DNA of 64,000 bases from Flavobacteriaceae bacterium (GCA_965655885.1 CBFHIG010000001.1:31552-95551); one strand, 5' to 3'. Shown: positions 42,301-53,078, numbered from the stretch's first letter. Notes: generated from the sequence alone by a model not told the origin. Program-made: numbers and translations.

Positions 42301-43041
42301 CTAATTATTTTTGCTTATTATTTTATTTGCTTTAAGTAAATCTTCTGGAGTATCAATTTCTACAGCATTTTTTGTCGTAGAAATGGCTAATTTTATTTTT
42401 TTTCCATATTCTAAATATCGAAGACATTCAATTTTTTCTGAAGCTTCTAGATTTCTCATTGGTAGATGATAAAAGTCCATCAAAGCTTTTTTTCTGAAAG
42501 CATAAATACCCTTATGTTCGTAATATTCCATTGGAATATTACGATCTCTTGGATATGGTATCGGAGATCTCGAAAAATATAAGGCATAATTATTTTCATC
42601 GACGACCACTTTAACAAAATTAGGATCATTAACTTCATTCCAATCTGTCATTTTCGTCATCAAAGTTGCTAAATCAACATTAGTAGCATCTTCACCATCA
42701 AATATTTTTAAAACCTTCTCTAAATCTTCTTTAGTGGTAAAAGGTTCATCACCTTGGACGTTAACAACAATATCTACGTCCATGAATTCTATGGCTTCTG
42801 CAATTCGATCACTTCCACATTCGTGGTTTTTTTTACTCATAATCGCAAGTCCGCCATGTGCTTTTATTTCTTCAAATATTATTTCACTATCAGTAACCAC
42901 ATAAACTTCGTCGAAAAGCTGCGTTGCTTTTATCGACTCGAAGGTACGAGCTATTACAGATTTACCTCCTAAATCTTGCATTAATTTACCGGGAAATCTA
43001 GTTGCAGCGTATCTTGCTGGTATCATTGCTATTTTCTTCAT
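42301..43041 (-). CDS. kdsB: 3-deoxy-manno-octulosonate cytidylyltransferase
   Basis: [20 protein letters not shown] and [10 protein letters not shown] motifs. Confidence 0.96.
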   Translation of the reverse strand: MKKIAMIPARYAATRFPGKLMQDLGGKSVIARTFESIKATQLFDEVYVVTDSEIIFEEIKAHGGLAIMSKKNHECGSDRIAEAIEFMDVDIVVNVQGDEPFTTKEDLEKVLKIFDGEDATNVDLATLMTKMTDWNEVNDPNFVKVVVDENNYALYFSRSPIPYPRDRNIPMEYYEHKGIYAFRKKALMDFYHLPMRNLEASEKIECLRYLEYGKKIKLAISTTKNAVEIDTPEDLLKANKIISKNN

Positions 43042-43122
43042 TTTCAGAAAATCTACATTAAAATTTATTCAAAAATATAAAGATTATTTGTGTGAATACT
43101 GATTTATTTAAAAGTATTTGGT

Positions 43123-44547
43123 TCAAGTTCTAAAAAAATCGTCTTTAAATCCAATTAGATATAGTTTTTTTTTAGCCCTGGTGATTGCGGTATAAAGCCA
43201 TCTTAAATAATCCTTATCGATACCGTTTGGTAAATAAGGTTGTTCTACAAATACAGTGTCCCACTGCCCGCCTTGTGACTTATGGCAGGTAATTGCGTAA
43301 GAAAACTTAACCTGTAAAGCGTTAAAATAAATGTTTTTTTTGACCGATAGAAATTTTTTGTATTTAGAGGTTTCATGCTCATAATCTTTTAAGACCTCCT
43401 GATATAATTTATTCGAATCCTCAAATGATAAAGAAGCTATTTCTGAAGATAGCGTATCTAAAATTAAAACGGTTTCAAAAGCAGCCATTCTGGGATAATC
43501 AATCATTTTGACGTAAACTGTTGCAAATTTAAATCCATATAATTCTTTGATACTGTAAATTTCTAATATTTCAATAATATCGCCATTGGCTATAAACCCA
43601 GCTTCACTTGTAGTTTCTAACCAAAAGTAATTGTTTTTAACTACCATAAGATGGTCTCCGACAGACAATTCCTCCTCTTTATACAAAATTCTACTTCTAA
43701 TATTCTGATTGTACAAAAATGCTCTTTTATTTGACCTAACAATGAAAACGCTTTCTTCGTCTCCAGAATTTAAATAACTGTCTTCAAGAGCACTCATCAA
43801 TTCCTGACCGTCATAAGGTCTAATTATATCAGGAAAATTTTCTTTTTCAAATTTAAACGTATCATAAAATTCATCTTCTAAACTTTGTCTTATAATAGAG
43901 GCGTTCCATAAAATCCCACTTCCCTTTTCTTGACGAACAACCTCGTCCAATTCAATGGTAACAACTTTTTTGTTAAAGTAGTTTTCTAAGGTCGATTTGT
44001 CAAGGGCTGGGCTGATATCTAGTTTAATTGGAGGGAGTTGCGCAGTGTCACCTATTAAAATTAATTTACATTGATGACCGCTGTAAACATATTGGATTAA
44101 GTCACTTAATAATGATCCTTTATCAAATAATATCGAATCAGGACTAGTATCTGGAATCATTGAAGATTCATCAACTATAAATATTGTGTTTTTATGCTTA
44201 TTTTTTTGAAGTGAAAAAGAGATTCCTCCTCCTTTTTTAGATTTAGGATAGTATATCTTTTTATGTATTGTAAAAGCCTCTTTATTTGAATAGTTACTTA
44301 TCACCTTAGCGGCACGGCCTGTTGGTGCTAATAAAACTAGATTCTTATTAATTTTCAAACTATTTTTAACTAATGTTCCAACAATTGATGTTTTTCCGGT
44401 ACCAGCATAGCCCTTTAGTAAAAATAATTCCTCATAATTTTTACTTAATAAAAACTTAGAGACCATATGTAAGGCACTATCTTGCTTGACAGTAGGTTCG
44501 TGAGAAAAATCTTTTAATAAATCTAAATAAAAGTTAGTAGTATGCAT
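43123..44547 (-). CDS. RecD-like SF1 ATP-dependent DNA helicase
   Basis: GYAGTGKT, APTGRAA, VDESSM, GDTAQLPP and YAITCHKSQG motifs. Confidence 0.92.
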   Translation of the reverse strand: MHTTNFYLDLLKDFSHEPTVKQDSALHMVSKFLLSKNYEELFLLKGYAGTGKTSIVGTLVKNSLKINKNLVLLAPTGRAAKVISNYSNKEAFTIHKKIYYPKSKKGGGISFSLQKNKHKNTIFIVDESSMIPDTSPDSILFDKGSLLSDLIQYVYSGHQCKLILIGDTAQLPPIKLDISPALDKSTLENYFNKKVVTIELDEVVRQEKGSGILWNASIIRQSLEDEFYDTFKFEKENFPDIIRPYDGQELMSALEDSYLNSGDEESVFIVRSNKRAFLYNQNIRSRILYKEEELSVGDHLMVVKNNYFWLETTSEAGFIANGDIIEILEIYSIKELYGFKFATVYVKMIDYPRMAAFETVLILDTLSSEIASLSFEDSNKLYQEVLKDYEHETSKYKKFLSVKKNIYFNALQVKFSYAITCHKSQGGQWDTVFVEQPYLPNGIDKDYLRWLYTAITRAKKKLYLIGFKDDFFRT

Positions 44548-44671
44548 TATTTTATTAGCTATGAGGCTTTAAATATAGCTATGTTTTTTTCAGAAATTAC
44601 TTTTACGGTTAAAAAAAAATTGTAGATTTGCGTTAAACCATTTTTTTAAAAATCAAACCTTAATATAAACT

Positions 44672-45421
44672 ATGATTTTAAATATTATACTCGGCATTTT
44701 AGTTTGCGTTGGACTAATCTATTTAATGGAAAAGTATATTCCATTAAAGTTTAATCCTACCATATCGATTTTTCTTTGGGTTGTTATCTTGTTTTTAGGG
44801 TACAGTCTATACAAATCTATTATAGGACCTGTAGAATTTAACAAAGTAAAACAGGTTAGATACGCAAAAGTGATTGAAAACTTAAAAGATATTAGAATAT
44901 CTGAACTAGCTCATCAAGAAATAGAAGGCAAATTTTCAGGAAATTTTGACAGCTTAGTTCAGTTTTTAGATACCGCAAAGTTTGCAATCATACAAAGGAG
45001 AGATACCAGTTATGCGGATGTGGAAAAAAATAGAGCATTTGGTTTAGATGCTCAAAAAGGTGGCTACTATAAAGAAGAAATCATCGTTGACACCTTACGT
45101 TTTGCCTCTGTAAAAGATTCTTTATTTGGTGATTCTGATCGATACAAAACCATGATGAATATACCTTTAGAAATTGCTGAAGGTGCCAAATTTCAACTCA
45201 AAGCAGGAAAATATGAGAAAAATGATGCTTTGTATTCAGTATTTGAGGCAAGTGTAGCAAAAAGATTAATACTTAGTGATCAAGATACCGACCTTATTTA
45301 TCAGGAAGAACAGTTAGTTTCAGTAGACGGAATTAACGGACCTACAGTGCGAGTTGGTACCATGAACGATATTGATACTGGCGGAAATTGGCCAAAATTA
45401 TATGACTCTCCAAAACAATAA
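44672..45421 (+). CDS. Conserved Bacteroidota membrane-anchored hypothetical protein
   Basis: Two N-terminal TM helices, C-terminal GNWP; promoter element TAGATTTG at 44623. Confidence 0.75.
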   Translation: MILNIILGILVCVGLIYLMEKYIPLKFNPTISIFLWVVILFLGYSLYKSIIGPVEFNKVKQVRYAKVIENLKDIRISELAHQEIEGKFSGNFDSLVQFLDTAKFAIIQRRDTSYADVEKNRAFGLDAQKGGYYKEEIIVDTLRFASVKDSLFGDSDRYKTMMNIPLEIAEGAKFQLKAGKYEKNDALYSVFEASVAKRLILSDQDTDLIYQEEQLVSVDGINGPTVRVGTMNDIDTGGNWPKLYDSPKQ

Positions 45422-46220
45422 TATAAACCAACAAAATAGTTTTAGACTGTCCGTACAACTAACATTGTCCGGACTTTCTTTTTTAGTGACTAACACTGCT
45501 ACGAAAGAAATTGATTTTTTTTCAGAAAGAACATTTGAACAAACTGTCAGTCCAGGAGAACTATTGTTGGAATTAAACTCGGTTTTGAATGATAATTCAA
45601 TTTTTAACATCAAATTTTCTGAGATAAATATTATTTATCATACAAGATTATATACGTTAGCTCCTACCTCACTTTTTGATGAATCAAAATCCAGTGATTA
45701 TTTAAAGTTTAATTCTAAAATTTTCGAAAATGACTTTATTGCTCATGATACGCTTCAGGATCATGACCTAACTGTTATTTATATTCCCTTTATAAATATC
45801 AATAATTTTTTATTTGAAAAATTTGGCGATTTTAATTATCATCATTCCACGACCTTACTATTAGAAAACATTCTCGAAGATGAAAAAAACATAAAGCTCC
45901 CGAAGATATACTTAAATATTTATTCGAATACTTTTGACTTAGTAGCTATTAAAAATGGCAAGCTATTGCTTTGCAATTCATTTGAATATAATTCTCCAGA
46001 AGATTTTATTTACTTCATATTATTTTGTTTAGAACAACTAAAAATGAATCCTGAAACTATTGATTTGTTTGTATCTGGAAACATTAACAAGGGAGATTCT
46101 AATCATTCGATTTTATATAAATATGTCCGTAATATTTCTTTTTGTAATTCAAAAAAAGACATTAAAATTTCAGATAAAGACAAATCGCACTATAACCTTC
46201 TATTAAAACACTTTCATTGA
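45402..46220 (+). CDS. DUF3822 family protein
   Basis: LSVQLTLSGLSF and NSFEY..EDFIYFILF segments; usual position upstream of rsmD; ATG 45402 preferred. Confidence 0.82.
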   Translation: MTLQNNNINQQNSFRLSVQLTLSGLSFLVTNTATKEIDFFSERTFEQTVSPGELLLELNSVLNDNSIFNIKFSEINIIYHTRLYTLAPTSLFDESKSSDYLKFNSKIFENDFIAHDTLQDHDLTVIYIPFININNFLFEKFGDFNYHHSTTLLLENILEDEKNIKLPKIYLNIYSNTFDLVAIKNGKLLLCNSFEYNSPEDFIYFILFCLEQLKMNPETIDLFVSGNINKGDSNHSILYKYVRNISFCNSKKDIKISDKDKSHYNLLLKHFH

Positions 46221-46753
46221 GAATTATTTCTGGAAAATATAAGGGGAAAAGATTGGTTGCTCCAAAAAAATTGCCTGTTAGGCCTACTACAGATTTTGCT
46301 AAAGAAGCACTTTTTAATATTTTAATGCATCGCATCGATTTTGAAGAAATAACCTTGTTAGATCTTTATGCAGGGACCGGTAACATAAGTTACGAGTTTG
46401 GATCAAGGGGAACTAAGGATATTACTGCAATCGACTCTTATTATGGTTGTGTAAAATATATTAACAGTATTGCTGAAGAATTAAATTTTTTAATAAAAAC
46501 TATAAAGTCAGATGTATTAAAATATTTAACGACGACTTCTAAAAAGTATACGGTTATCTTCGCTGATCCGCCTTATCACCTACCTATTGAAGATTTTATG
46601 TTAACTGTTGATACCGTTTTTAAAAGAGATTTACTAGATAATGGGGGGGTTTTGATTATAGAACATTCAAAACACACCGATTTATCAAGCAATCAGTATT
46701 TTACTGAAGCGCGACGTTACGGTGGTTCTGTATTTAGTTTTTTTGAAAAATAA
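46217..46753 (+). CDS. rsmD: 16S rRNA m2G966 methyltransferase
   Basis: MRIISGKYKG, RPTTD, DLYAGTG and FADPPY motifs. Confidence 0.94.
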   Translation: MRIISGKYKGKRLVAPKKLPVRPTTDFAKEALFNILMHRIDFEEITLLDLYAGTGNISYEFGSRGTKDITAIDSYYGCVKYINSIAEELNFLIKTIKSDVLKYLTTTSKKYTVIFADPPYHLPIEDFMLTVDTVFKRDLLDNGGVLIIEHSKHTDLSSNQYFTEARRYGGSVFSFFEK

Positions 46754-46756
46754 AAA

Positions 46757-47064
46757 AAGCAGACCTGTAAGCCGGATTCTGTATTAACAAAAGTTAACTC
46801 TCATCATTTATCTAAAAAAACTGTTACCAATTTTCTTTATCTGCCTACCCTCCTACATCGGGCGGGAACCCTCAATTGTAGGTTTACATGGCATTGCACC
46901 GCATAGAGTTTACCTGGTTTCACTACAGCATTACCTGTACATTCTTTCTGTTGCACTAGTCCTAATACATCAATGTATCGACGGCTGTTAGCCGGTATGC
47001 TTCCCTTTGGTGTCCGGACTTTCCTCCTTAATAAATATTTATTAAGACGATGAGACGGTCTGCG
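46757..47064 (-). ncRNA. rnpB: RNase P RNA
   Basis: Minus strand has GAGGAAAGTCCGGAC near the 5' end and ACAGAATCCGGCTTA near the 3' end; P1 pairing GCAGACC/GGTCTGC; promoter element TACATTTG at 47068-47075. Confidence 0.96.
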
Positions 47065-47172
47065 TGGCAAATGTAAAATAAATTACTTACTTGTTAATAA
47101 AAAGACAAAAATAAGATTCGGTTTCTTATTCAAAAAATTTGACTATTTCTATATTTGTTTGAAGCTAATTTT

Positions 47173-48927
47173 ATGGAACATTTTATTGTATCTGCTAGAA
47201 AGTACAGACCCACACAATTTAAAGATGTAGTAGGGCAACAAGCTATTACAAGTACTTTAGAAAGTGCCATAGAAAACAATCATCTTGCTCAAGCATTACT
47301 ATTTACTGGACCTCGTGGGGTTGGGAAAACTACATGCGCACGAATACTTGCAAAAAAAATTAATCAAGATGATTCTGTCAATGAAAATGAAGATTTTGCC
47401 TTTAATATTTTTGAATTGGATGCTGCATCCAATAATTCAGTTGATGATATTAGGAATTTAATTGATCAAGTTCGAATACCCCCTCAGGTCGGAAAATACA
47501 AGGTATATATCATCGATGAAGTACACATGCTCTCCTCAGCGGCATTTAATGCTTTTTTAAAAACATTAGAAGAACCTCCAAAACACGCTATATTTATTCT
47601 AGCTACTACTGAAAAACATAAAATCATTCCAACCATATTGTCTAGATGTCAGATTTTTGATTTTAGAAGAATTAATGTAAAAGACACCAAAAATCATTTA
47701 GCAAATGTAGCAAAGTCCGAGGGTATTGAAGCTGCAGATGATGCTTTACATATAATCGCACAAAAAGCAGATGGAGCTCTTCGTGACGCACTTTCAATTT
47801 TTGATAGGGTCGTAAGTTTCTCAGGCAATAAGTTAACAAGAGAAGCTGTAACTGAAAATTTAAATGTCCTAGATTATACCTATTATTTTGAAGTCACCGA
47901 CTTATTATTAGATAATAATATTCCAAATACCTTGATCTTATTCAATAATATATTGTCAAAAGGATTTGATGGACATCACTTTATAATGGGATTAGCATCC
48001 CATTTTAGAGATTTACTAGTTTGTAAAACTCCTGAAACCATTGAACTTTTAGAAGTTGGTGAACAAGTAAAAAAAATGTACTTAGAGCAGTCAATAAAAA
48101 CATCTCATACCTTTCTGGTAGCTTGCATAGAAAAGTCGAACAACTGTGATTTAAAATATAAAGTAAGTAGAAATCAAAGGCTATTAGTTGAATTGTGTTT
48201 GATGCAAATGGCATCAATTACTTTTGATTCTGAAAACTTCAAAAAAAAAAAAAGTGAACTGACTTACAATGGTACTAACAGTTTAGGTATAATTCCACCC
48301 TCATATTTTAAAACTGATAACAACAAATTTGAAGTTCAAGAGAACGAAGTAGCCCTCGCGAATTCAACTATTTCAAGTATTGCTAAGAAAGATTCAAAAA
48401 CAGTTCAAACATCTCCTAAAGAAAATAAAGAAACAAAGGTTAAAATTGAGCTATCAATCGATCGACCCAAAAAAAAATCTGCATTTTCAATAAGTAGTAT
48501 TAAAAAGAAAAAGGAGCTTTTAAAAATAATAAATGATAATAAACCTGAAGAATCTGAGAAACCTAAAAATTCATTTACAGAAGAGCAGTTTCATCAGGCT
48601 TGGAGCCAATTCACTAAAAAAATTGATGAAGAAGGTAAATATAATTTATTGTCGCATCTAACTATGGCAAAACCTGTTCTTAAAGGAACTACTGTCAATT
48701 TAGTTTATCCCAATAATACAATAAAAACAGAGGTAGAAAGGGCACAACATGATATTCTTTCGTTTATTAAAGATAAACTTAAAAATTATGAAATTGACCT
48801 AGAAATTATTGTGAATGAAACAGCAGAAAAAAAATATGCCTATACTCCGATTGAAAAATATGATAAACTAAAAGAAAAAAATCCTTTATTAGATACTTTA
48901 AGAAAAGAATTAGGTTTAGAATTATAA
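47173..48927 (+). CDS. dnaX: DNA polymerase III subunit gamma/tau
   Basis: SARKYRP, GPRGVGKT, IIDEVHML and SRC motifs; ATG 47173 preferred because 47155 lies in a TATATTTG element; A13 run at 48241-48253. Confidence 0.96.
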   Translation: MEHFIVSARKYRPTQFKDVVGQQAITSTLESAIENNHLAQALLFTGPRGVGKTTCARILAKKINQDDSVNENEDFAFNIFELDAASNNSVDDIRNLIDQVRIPPQVGKYKVYIIDEVHMLSSAAFNAFLKTLEEPPKHAIFILATTEKHKIIPTILSRCQIFDFRRINVKDTKNHLANVAKSEGIEAADDALHIIAQKADGALRDALSIFDRVVSFSGNKLTREAVTENLNVLDYTYYFEVTDLLLDNNIPNTLILFNNILSKGFDGHHFIMGLASHFRDLLVCKTPETIELLEVGEQVKKMYLEQSIKTSHTFLVACIEKSNNCDLKYKVSRNQRLLVELCLMQMASITFDSENFKKKKSELTYNGTNSLGIIPPSYFKTDNNKFEVQENEVALANSTISSIAKKDSKTVQTSPKENKETKVKIELSIDRPKKKSAFSISSIKKKKELLKIINDNKPEESEKPKNSFTEEQFHQAWSQFTKKIDEEGKYNLLSHLTMAKPVLKGTTVNLVYPNNTIKTEVERAQHDILSFIKDKLKNYEIDLEIIVNETAEKKYAYTPIEKYDKLKEKNPLLDTLRKELGLEL

Positions 48928-48936
48928 TAAATAAAA

Positions 48937-49518
48937 ATGTTAGGACTAAAATTACCAACAGATCCAAGATGGGTTAATATCGCAGAAAAAAATATACAAG
49001 AAATATTGACGGATCACGCATTTTGTGAAATAAAAGCTGCTTCTACTGCTATATCATTAATGGTATCATTTCCAGAATATACAGAGTTGGTTAAAGAAAT
49101 GCCTAATCTTGCTAAAGAAGAAATGTGTCATTTTGAATTAGTTCATAATATTATTTTAGATAGAGGTTGGACGCTTGGAAGAGATCGTAAAGATCATTAT
49201 GTTATAAAACTACTTTCTTTTTTTCCAAAAGGAGGTAGCAGAACAACACAATTAATACATCGTTTATTATATGCAGCGTTGATTGAAGCCAGAAGTTGTG
49301 AACGATTTAAACTATTATCTGAAAATTTAAAAGATAAAGAATTGGCTCTTTTCTTTAGAAGCTTAATGGAAAGCGAAGCAGGACATTATACGTTATTTTT
49401 AAATTTTGCTAGAAACTATGGAGATCGAAAAATTGTCGATGATAAATGGCAAAAACTTTTAATATTTGAAGCAGAAATCATGAAAAGTTTAGGAAGTAAA
49501 GAGACAATTCACGGATAG
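48937..49518 (+). CDS. miaE: tRNA-(ms2io6A) hydroxylase
   Basis: DHAFCEIKAA, EEMCHF, IEARSCERF and SEAGHY di-iron motifs. Confidence 0.93.
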   Translation: MLGLKLPTDPRWVNIAEKNIQEILTDHAFCEIKAASTAISLMVSFPEYTELVKEMPNLAKEEMCHFELVHNIILDRGWTLGRDRKDHYVIKLLSFFPKGGSRTTQLIHRLLYAALIEARSCERFKLLSENLKDKELALFFRSLMESEAGHYTLFLNFARNYGDRKIVDDKWQKLLIFEAEIMKSLGSKETIHG

Positions 49519-49525
49519 TTTTTAG

Positions 49526-50410
49526 TTAATTATTTAGATATAAACTTCGAATAATTCCATCAGAGAGTCCAATTTTAGGGACATAAATTTCTTTTGCACC
49601 ACTCCATTTCATTGCTGATATATATATATTTAAGGCGGGTAAAATTACATCAGCTCGATCTAAATTCATATTAAGTTTAGAAATTCTTTCATCGTATGAG
49701 AATGATTCTACCGTTCGAAAGTATTTTTTTAAATAATGATAACTTAAAGGTTTGCCTAGTTTAGTCCCACTGAATTTATAGGTGCTATTTATGTTTCCTC
49801 CAGTCCCTAAGAGTGTTATTTGGTTATATTTTTTAGTATGGTCCTTTATCCACAATTTCATTTGGTTCCAAATACTATCTGGAACTAACTCATTAATTAA
49901 TCGAACTGTACCTATTTTAAAAGACTTAGAAAGGACTGATTTTCCCTTTGAATAAATAGTTAATTCTGTGCTTCCCCCTCCTACATCAACGTAAAGAAAA
50001 GTTTTATCATAAACTAAATATTTTTTTAAATTTGTTAAGGCTATGATTTTTGCCTCTTCATTTCCGTTAATAATCTCAATATCGATTCCTGTAATCTTTT
50101 TTATCTTTTCGGTGATGTTTTTACCATTCTTAGCCTCACGCATTGCAGAAGTTGCGCAAGCTCTATATTTTGAAACATTATGTACTTTCATTAATAATTT
50201 AAACGCTTTCATGGAGTCTTCCATACGATTATAATTATCGTCGGATACTAATCCAAGTTTAAAAACATCGTCTCCAAGTCTAATAGGAACTCTAATTAAT
50301 GAAGTTTTTTTAAATTTTGTTTCACTACCATACTGCTCAATAATAGTTGTTATGAGTAACCGTATCGCGTTGGAGCCAATATCTATAGCTGCATATTTTT
50401 TAATTAACAT
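49526..50410 (-). CDS. ppx: Ppx/GppA family exopolyphosphatase
   Basis: AIDIGSNA, ATSAMREA, DVGGGSTE and RADVI motifs. Confidence 0.92.
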   Translation of the reverse strand: MLIKKYAAIDIGSNAIRLLITTIIEQYGSETKFKKTSLIRVPIRLGDDVFKLGLVSDDNYNRMEDSMKAFKLLMKVHNVSKYRACATSAMREAKNGKNITEKIKKITGIDIEIINGNEEAKIIALTNLKKYLVYDKTFLYVDVGGGSTELTIYSKGKSVLSKSFKIGTVRLINELVPDSIWNQMKLWIKDHTKKYNQITLLGTGGNINSTYKFSGTKLGKPLSYHYLKKYFRTVESFSYDERISKLNMNLDRADVILPALNIYISAMKWSGAKEIYVPKIGLSDGIIRSLYLNN

Positions 50411-50411
50411 A

Positions 50412-50909
50412 CTATATATTTTTATATTTTAAATCTCTTGGAAAAATAACATTCTTAGTTTGCCCGTAATTAGCAAACTTCCAATGTTCAATTGTGAATT
50501 CTATATGTATAAAACCACAAGTTGGTAGGTCTTTAATAATTGCGTCTCCGAGCATATTTACTATAGATGTAAATGCATGGTTATGTCCAACAATCATAAC
50601 AACATTAAAAGAATCATTCAATTCTTTGATAACTCTTAAAACATTTTTACCCTGAAAATCATACAAAGATTTATTAATAAAAAATGAATCAGATTCAAGA
50701 TTAAAAGCTTTTTTAAAATATAAAGCGGTAGCTTTTGCTCTTTCTGCATCACTCGTTAACAAAACATCAGGTTTTGAAACAAGGTCTTTAATATGGTCCG
50801 AAATTAAAATAGCATCTGAGACTCCTCGTTTTTTTAAAGGACGTTTATGGTCATCGACTGGTAATTTCCATGATGATTTTGCATGTCGAACTAAATACAA
50901 ATTTTTCAT
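50412..50909 (-). CDS. sixA: SixA-family phosphohistidine phosphatase
   Basis: LVRHAKS and VGHN motifs. Confidence 0.88.
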   Translation of the reverse strand: MKNLYLVRHAKSSWKLPVDDHKRPLKKRGVSDAILISDHIKDLVSKPDVLLTSDAERAKATALYFKKAFNLESDSFFINKSLYDFQGKNVLRVIKELNDSFNVVMIVGHNHAFTSIVNMLGDAIIKDLPTCGFIHIEFTIEHWKFANYGQTKNVIFPRDLKYKNI

Positions 50910-50962
50910 ATATATAAAACACTGATAAACAGTAGATTAAATAATCTTACATGAAGTTAAAT

Positions 50963-51607
50963 CTAAGGCGAAAGTCTTTCGATAATCCAGTCTAAATGAC
51001 TTAACCTATACCTGATACGATCATGCAGTCTGTTTGGCCTACCCTGCCAAAATTCAATAGAAATTGGCGATACTAAATAACCTCCCCAATTTGCTGGTTT
51101 TTTAATCTCTTTATCGGAATATTGATTTTCTAACAATACTAATTTATTTTCAATCACTTTACGATTTTCTATGACCTCGCTTTGATTAGAAACTAAAGCT
51201 CCTAATTGACTACCTTTGGGTCTACTGTTAAAATAGTTGTCTGAATCGTCTTCTGAAGTCTTTGACGCTGTTCCTTTAATAATAATTTGTCGCTCTAAAC
51301 CCGGCCAAAAAAATAACAAGGAGACCTTATTGTTTTGTGCTATGGACTTTCCTTTTTCGCTTGAGTAATTGGTATAAAAATAAAAACCGTGCTCATCATA
51401 TTTTTTTAATAGCACTACCCGCCCCTTTGAAAACCCATCAAGACCAAGAGTTGTTAAGGTCATTGCGTTTACTTCTTCTACACTTTCAGAATCTTTTGCT
51501 TCATAAAACCACTTTCTAAACTGTTGCAAGGGATTTGCATCAACCTTATTTTTGGTTAATTCACCTTTATTATAGTTTTTTCGATAATCATGTAAATTAT
51601 CACGCAT
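50963..51607 (-). CDS. pdxH: Pyridoxamine 5'-phosphate oxidase
   Basis: RVVLLK, FYTNY and EFWQGRPNRLHDR motifs. Confidence 0.96.
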   Translation of the reverse strand: MRDNLHDYRKNYNKGELTKNKVDANPLQQFRKWFYEAKDSESVEEVNAMTLTTLGLDGFSKGRVVLLKKYDEHGFYFYTNYSSEKGKSIAQNNKVSLLFFWPGLERQIIIKGTASKTSEDDSDNYFNSRPKGSQLGALVSNQSEVIENRKVIENKLVLLENQYSDKEIKKPANWGGYLVSPISIEFWQGRPNRLHDRIRYRLSHLDWIIERLSP

Positions 51608-51704
51608 AATTTTTCAATTTAATGCAAGTTACGAGTTTTAAATTTTAAGAAAAATAAGTTTTAAATTAAATTTTATAAAGTTTAATGTTTGAAAAATATA
51701 AAAA

Positions 51705-53078
51705 TTAATCTCTTTTAATTATTACTTTTTTGGTGATACTTTTAAAATCATCAGTAATTTTAATTAGATACACGCCTGCATATAAAGTTTGAACATCAAA
51801 ATAAGCTATGGTACTTCCTGGATAAATAGTAGTTGTTTTTAATAATTTACCAGAAGCATCATATAATTCAATCTTTAAAGTATCGGTTACCAGGCCACCT
51901 AATTGAACAGCTATTAAATCTGACGTTGGGTTAGGAAAGACCTTTATATTTTGTTGATTAAAAATAGTTTCGGAGACATTTAAAACTTCTTCATATAATG
52001 TTGTTTCTTCAGTAATTGAAGTTACTATTCTATTTTCAAAATTCCCATAAAAAGAGGGACCAACTGCATAAGGATAGGCTGAGTTCCAGTTCTCATCTAC
52101 CGTTGCAAAATAGGCATATGTACCCGCTGGATATTCAGGAGTCACAGAAAATCTTCCGTTATGCTCATCTAAGTAGTATTCTTCAGAATGAGATATAAAC
52201 TCATAATCTTCTCTAAAATAACCTAGAAAATAAGTGTCATTGACATCAGGTCCATCGTCTACGTCTGTTCCATCTGCCCAATGTGTTCGTTCTGTTATAT
52301 CTCTTAATTGATATCCTGATTTAATTCGCTCCAAGCCTCCAGAACCGTCTGCGTTTCTGTAACCATAAGCTCCATAAATTGGAAATCCGTCAAAAGCAAA
52401 ACCAATAAGTGGTGAGTGTATTGTTTCATCTATAAAATAAAGACCATCGGCGTCATATAAGTTACAAATGTCTGAGACAATTTCTAAATCTAATTTAAAA
52501 GCTGAAGGGTTTTGATGATGATGATAATTCCCCATAGCAGGATGTCCTTTAGAACAATCAAAGCCAGCCATTTCAGCAGGAATGGCATCTCTATTCCAAT
52601 CCATTGATGCGTTTGGTCCTCCGGGGCAGGGAGGGTTTCCTGGACCTCCACACAAAGAATTGGTATCAGGATTCCAAGCCACACCATCTCTATAATCAAA
52701 TAAAGCGACACCATTTACAAAAACACCTATATTTCCACCTACAGTATCATCTGGAGTACCTGTGTTTTCAATAGGAAACAAAGGTATTTTGATAATATTA
52801 TTTTGGTTTTGTGCATTAGAAGGGTTGCCATCTAGAAAAGGGCCTGTTGGATAAGCTGGAACACCAGTAGCAGTTATATAAACAAAATTGTCAGAATATT
52901 CTACTTGTTGACAGTTTACAAGAATGTTATTATTGATCGCAGTTGAGTTTCCAGAAATATAATAGCTACCTGTTTCGGTATTGTTTTGTAAAAAAGAAGT
53001 GATAGCAGGGCTTAACTGAGCATACAAATTCATAAAAGTAAAGGCAAGAGTTATAATGGTAATAATTGTTGTTTTCAT
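51705..53078 (-). CDS. YHYH-family protein with T9SS type A sorting domain
   Basis: Signal peptide; GHP..GNYHHH, HSPLIGFAFDGFPIYG, LDEHNGR and GTYAYF; C-terminal VFPNP...GVYLIKI...KKVII. Confidence 0.88.
   Translation of the reverse strand: MKTTIITIITLAFTFMNLYAQLSPAITSFLQNNTETGSYYISGNSTAINNNILVNCQQVEYSDNFVYITATGVPAYPTGPFLDGNPSNAQNQNNIIKIPLFPIENTGTPDDTVGGNIGVFVNGVALFDYRDGVAWNPDTNSLCGGPGNPPCPGGPNASMDWNRDAIPAEMAGFDCSKGHPAMGNYHHHQNPSAFKLDLEIVSDICNLYDADGLYFIDETIHSPLIGFAFDGFPIYGAYGYRNADGSGGLERIKSGYQLRDITERTHWADGTDVDDGPDVNDTYFLGYFREDYEFISHSEEYYLDEHNGRFSVTPEYPAGTYAYFATVDENWNSAYPYAVGPSFYGNFENRIVTSITEETTLYEEVLNVSETIFNQQNIKVFPNPTSDLIAVQLGGLVTDTLKIELYDASGKLLKTTTIYPGSTIAYFDVQTLYAGVYLIKITDDFKSITKKVIIKRD

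Noticed and set aside
46837-47070. 77-aa minus-strand ORF
   Set aside because: Coincides with RNase P RNA (rnpB)
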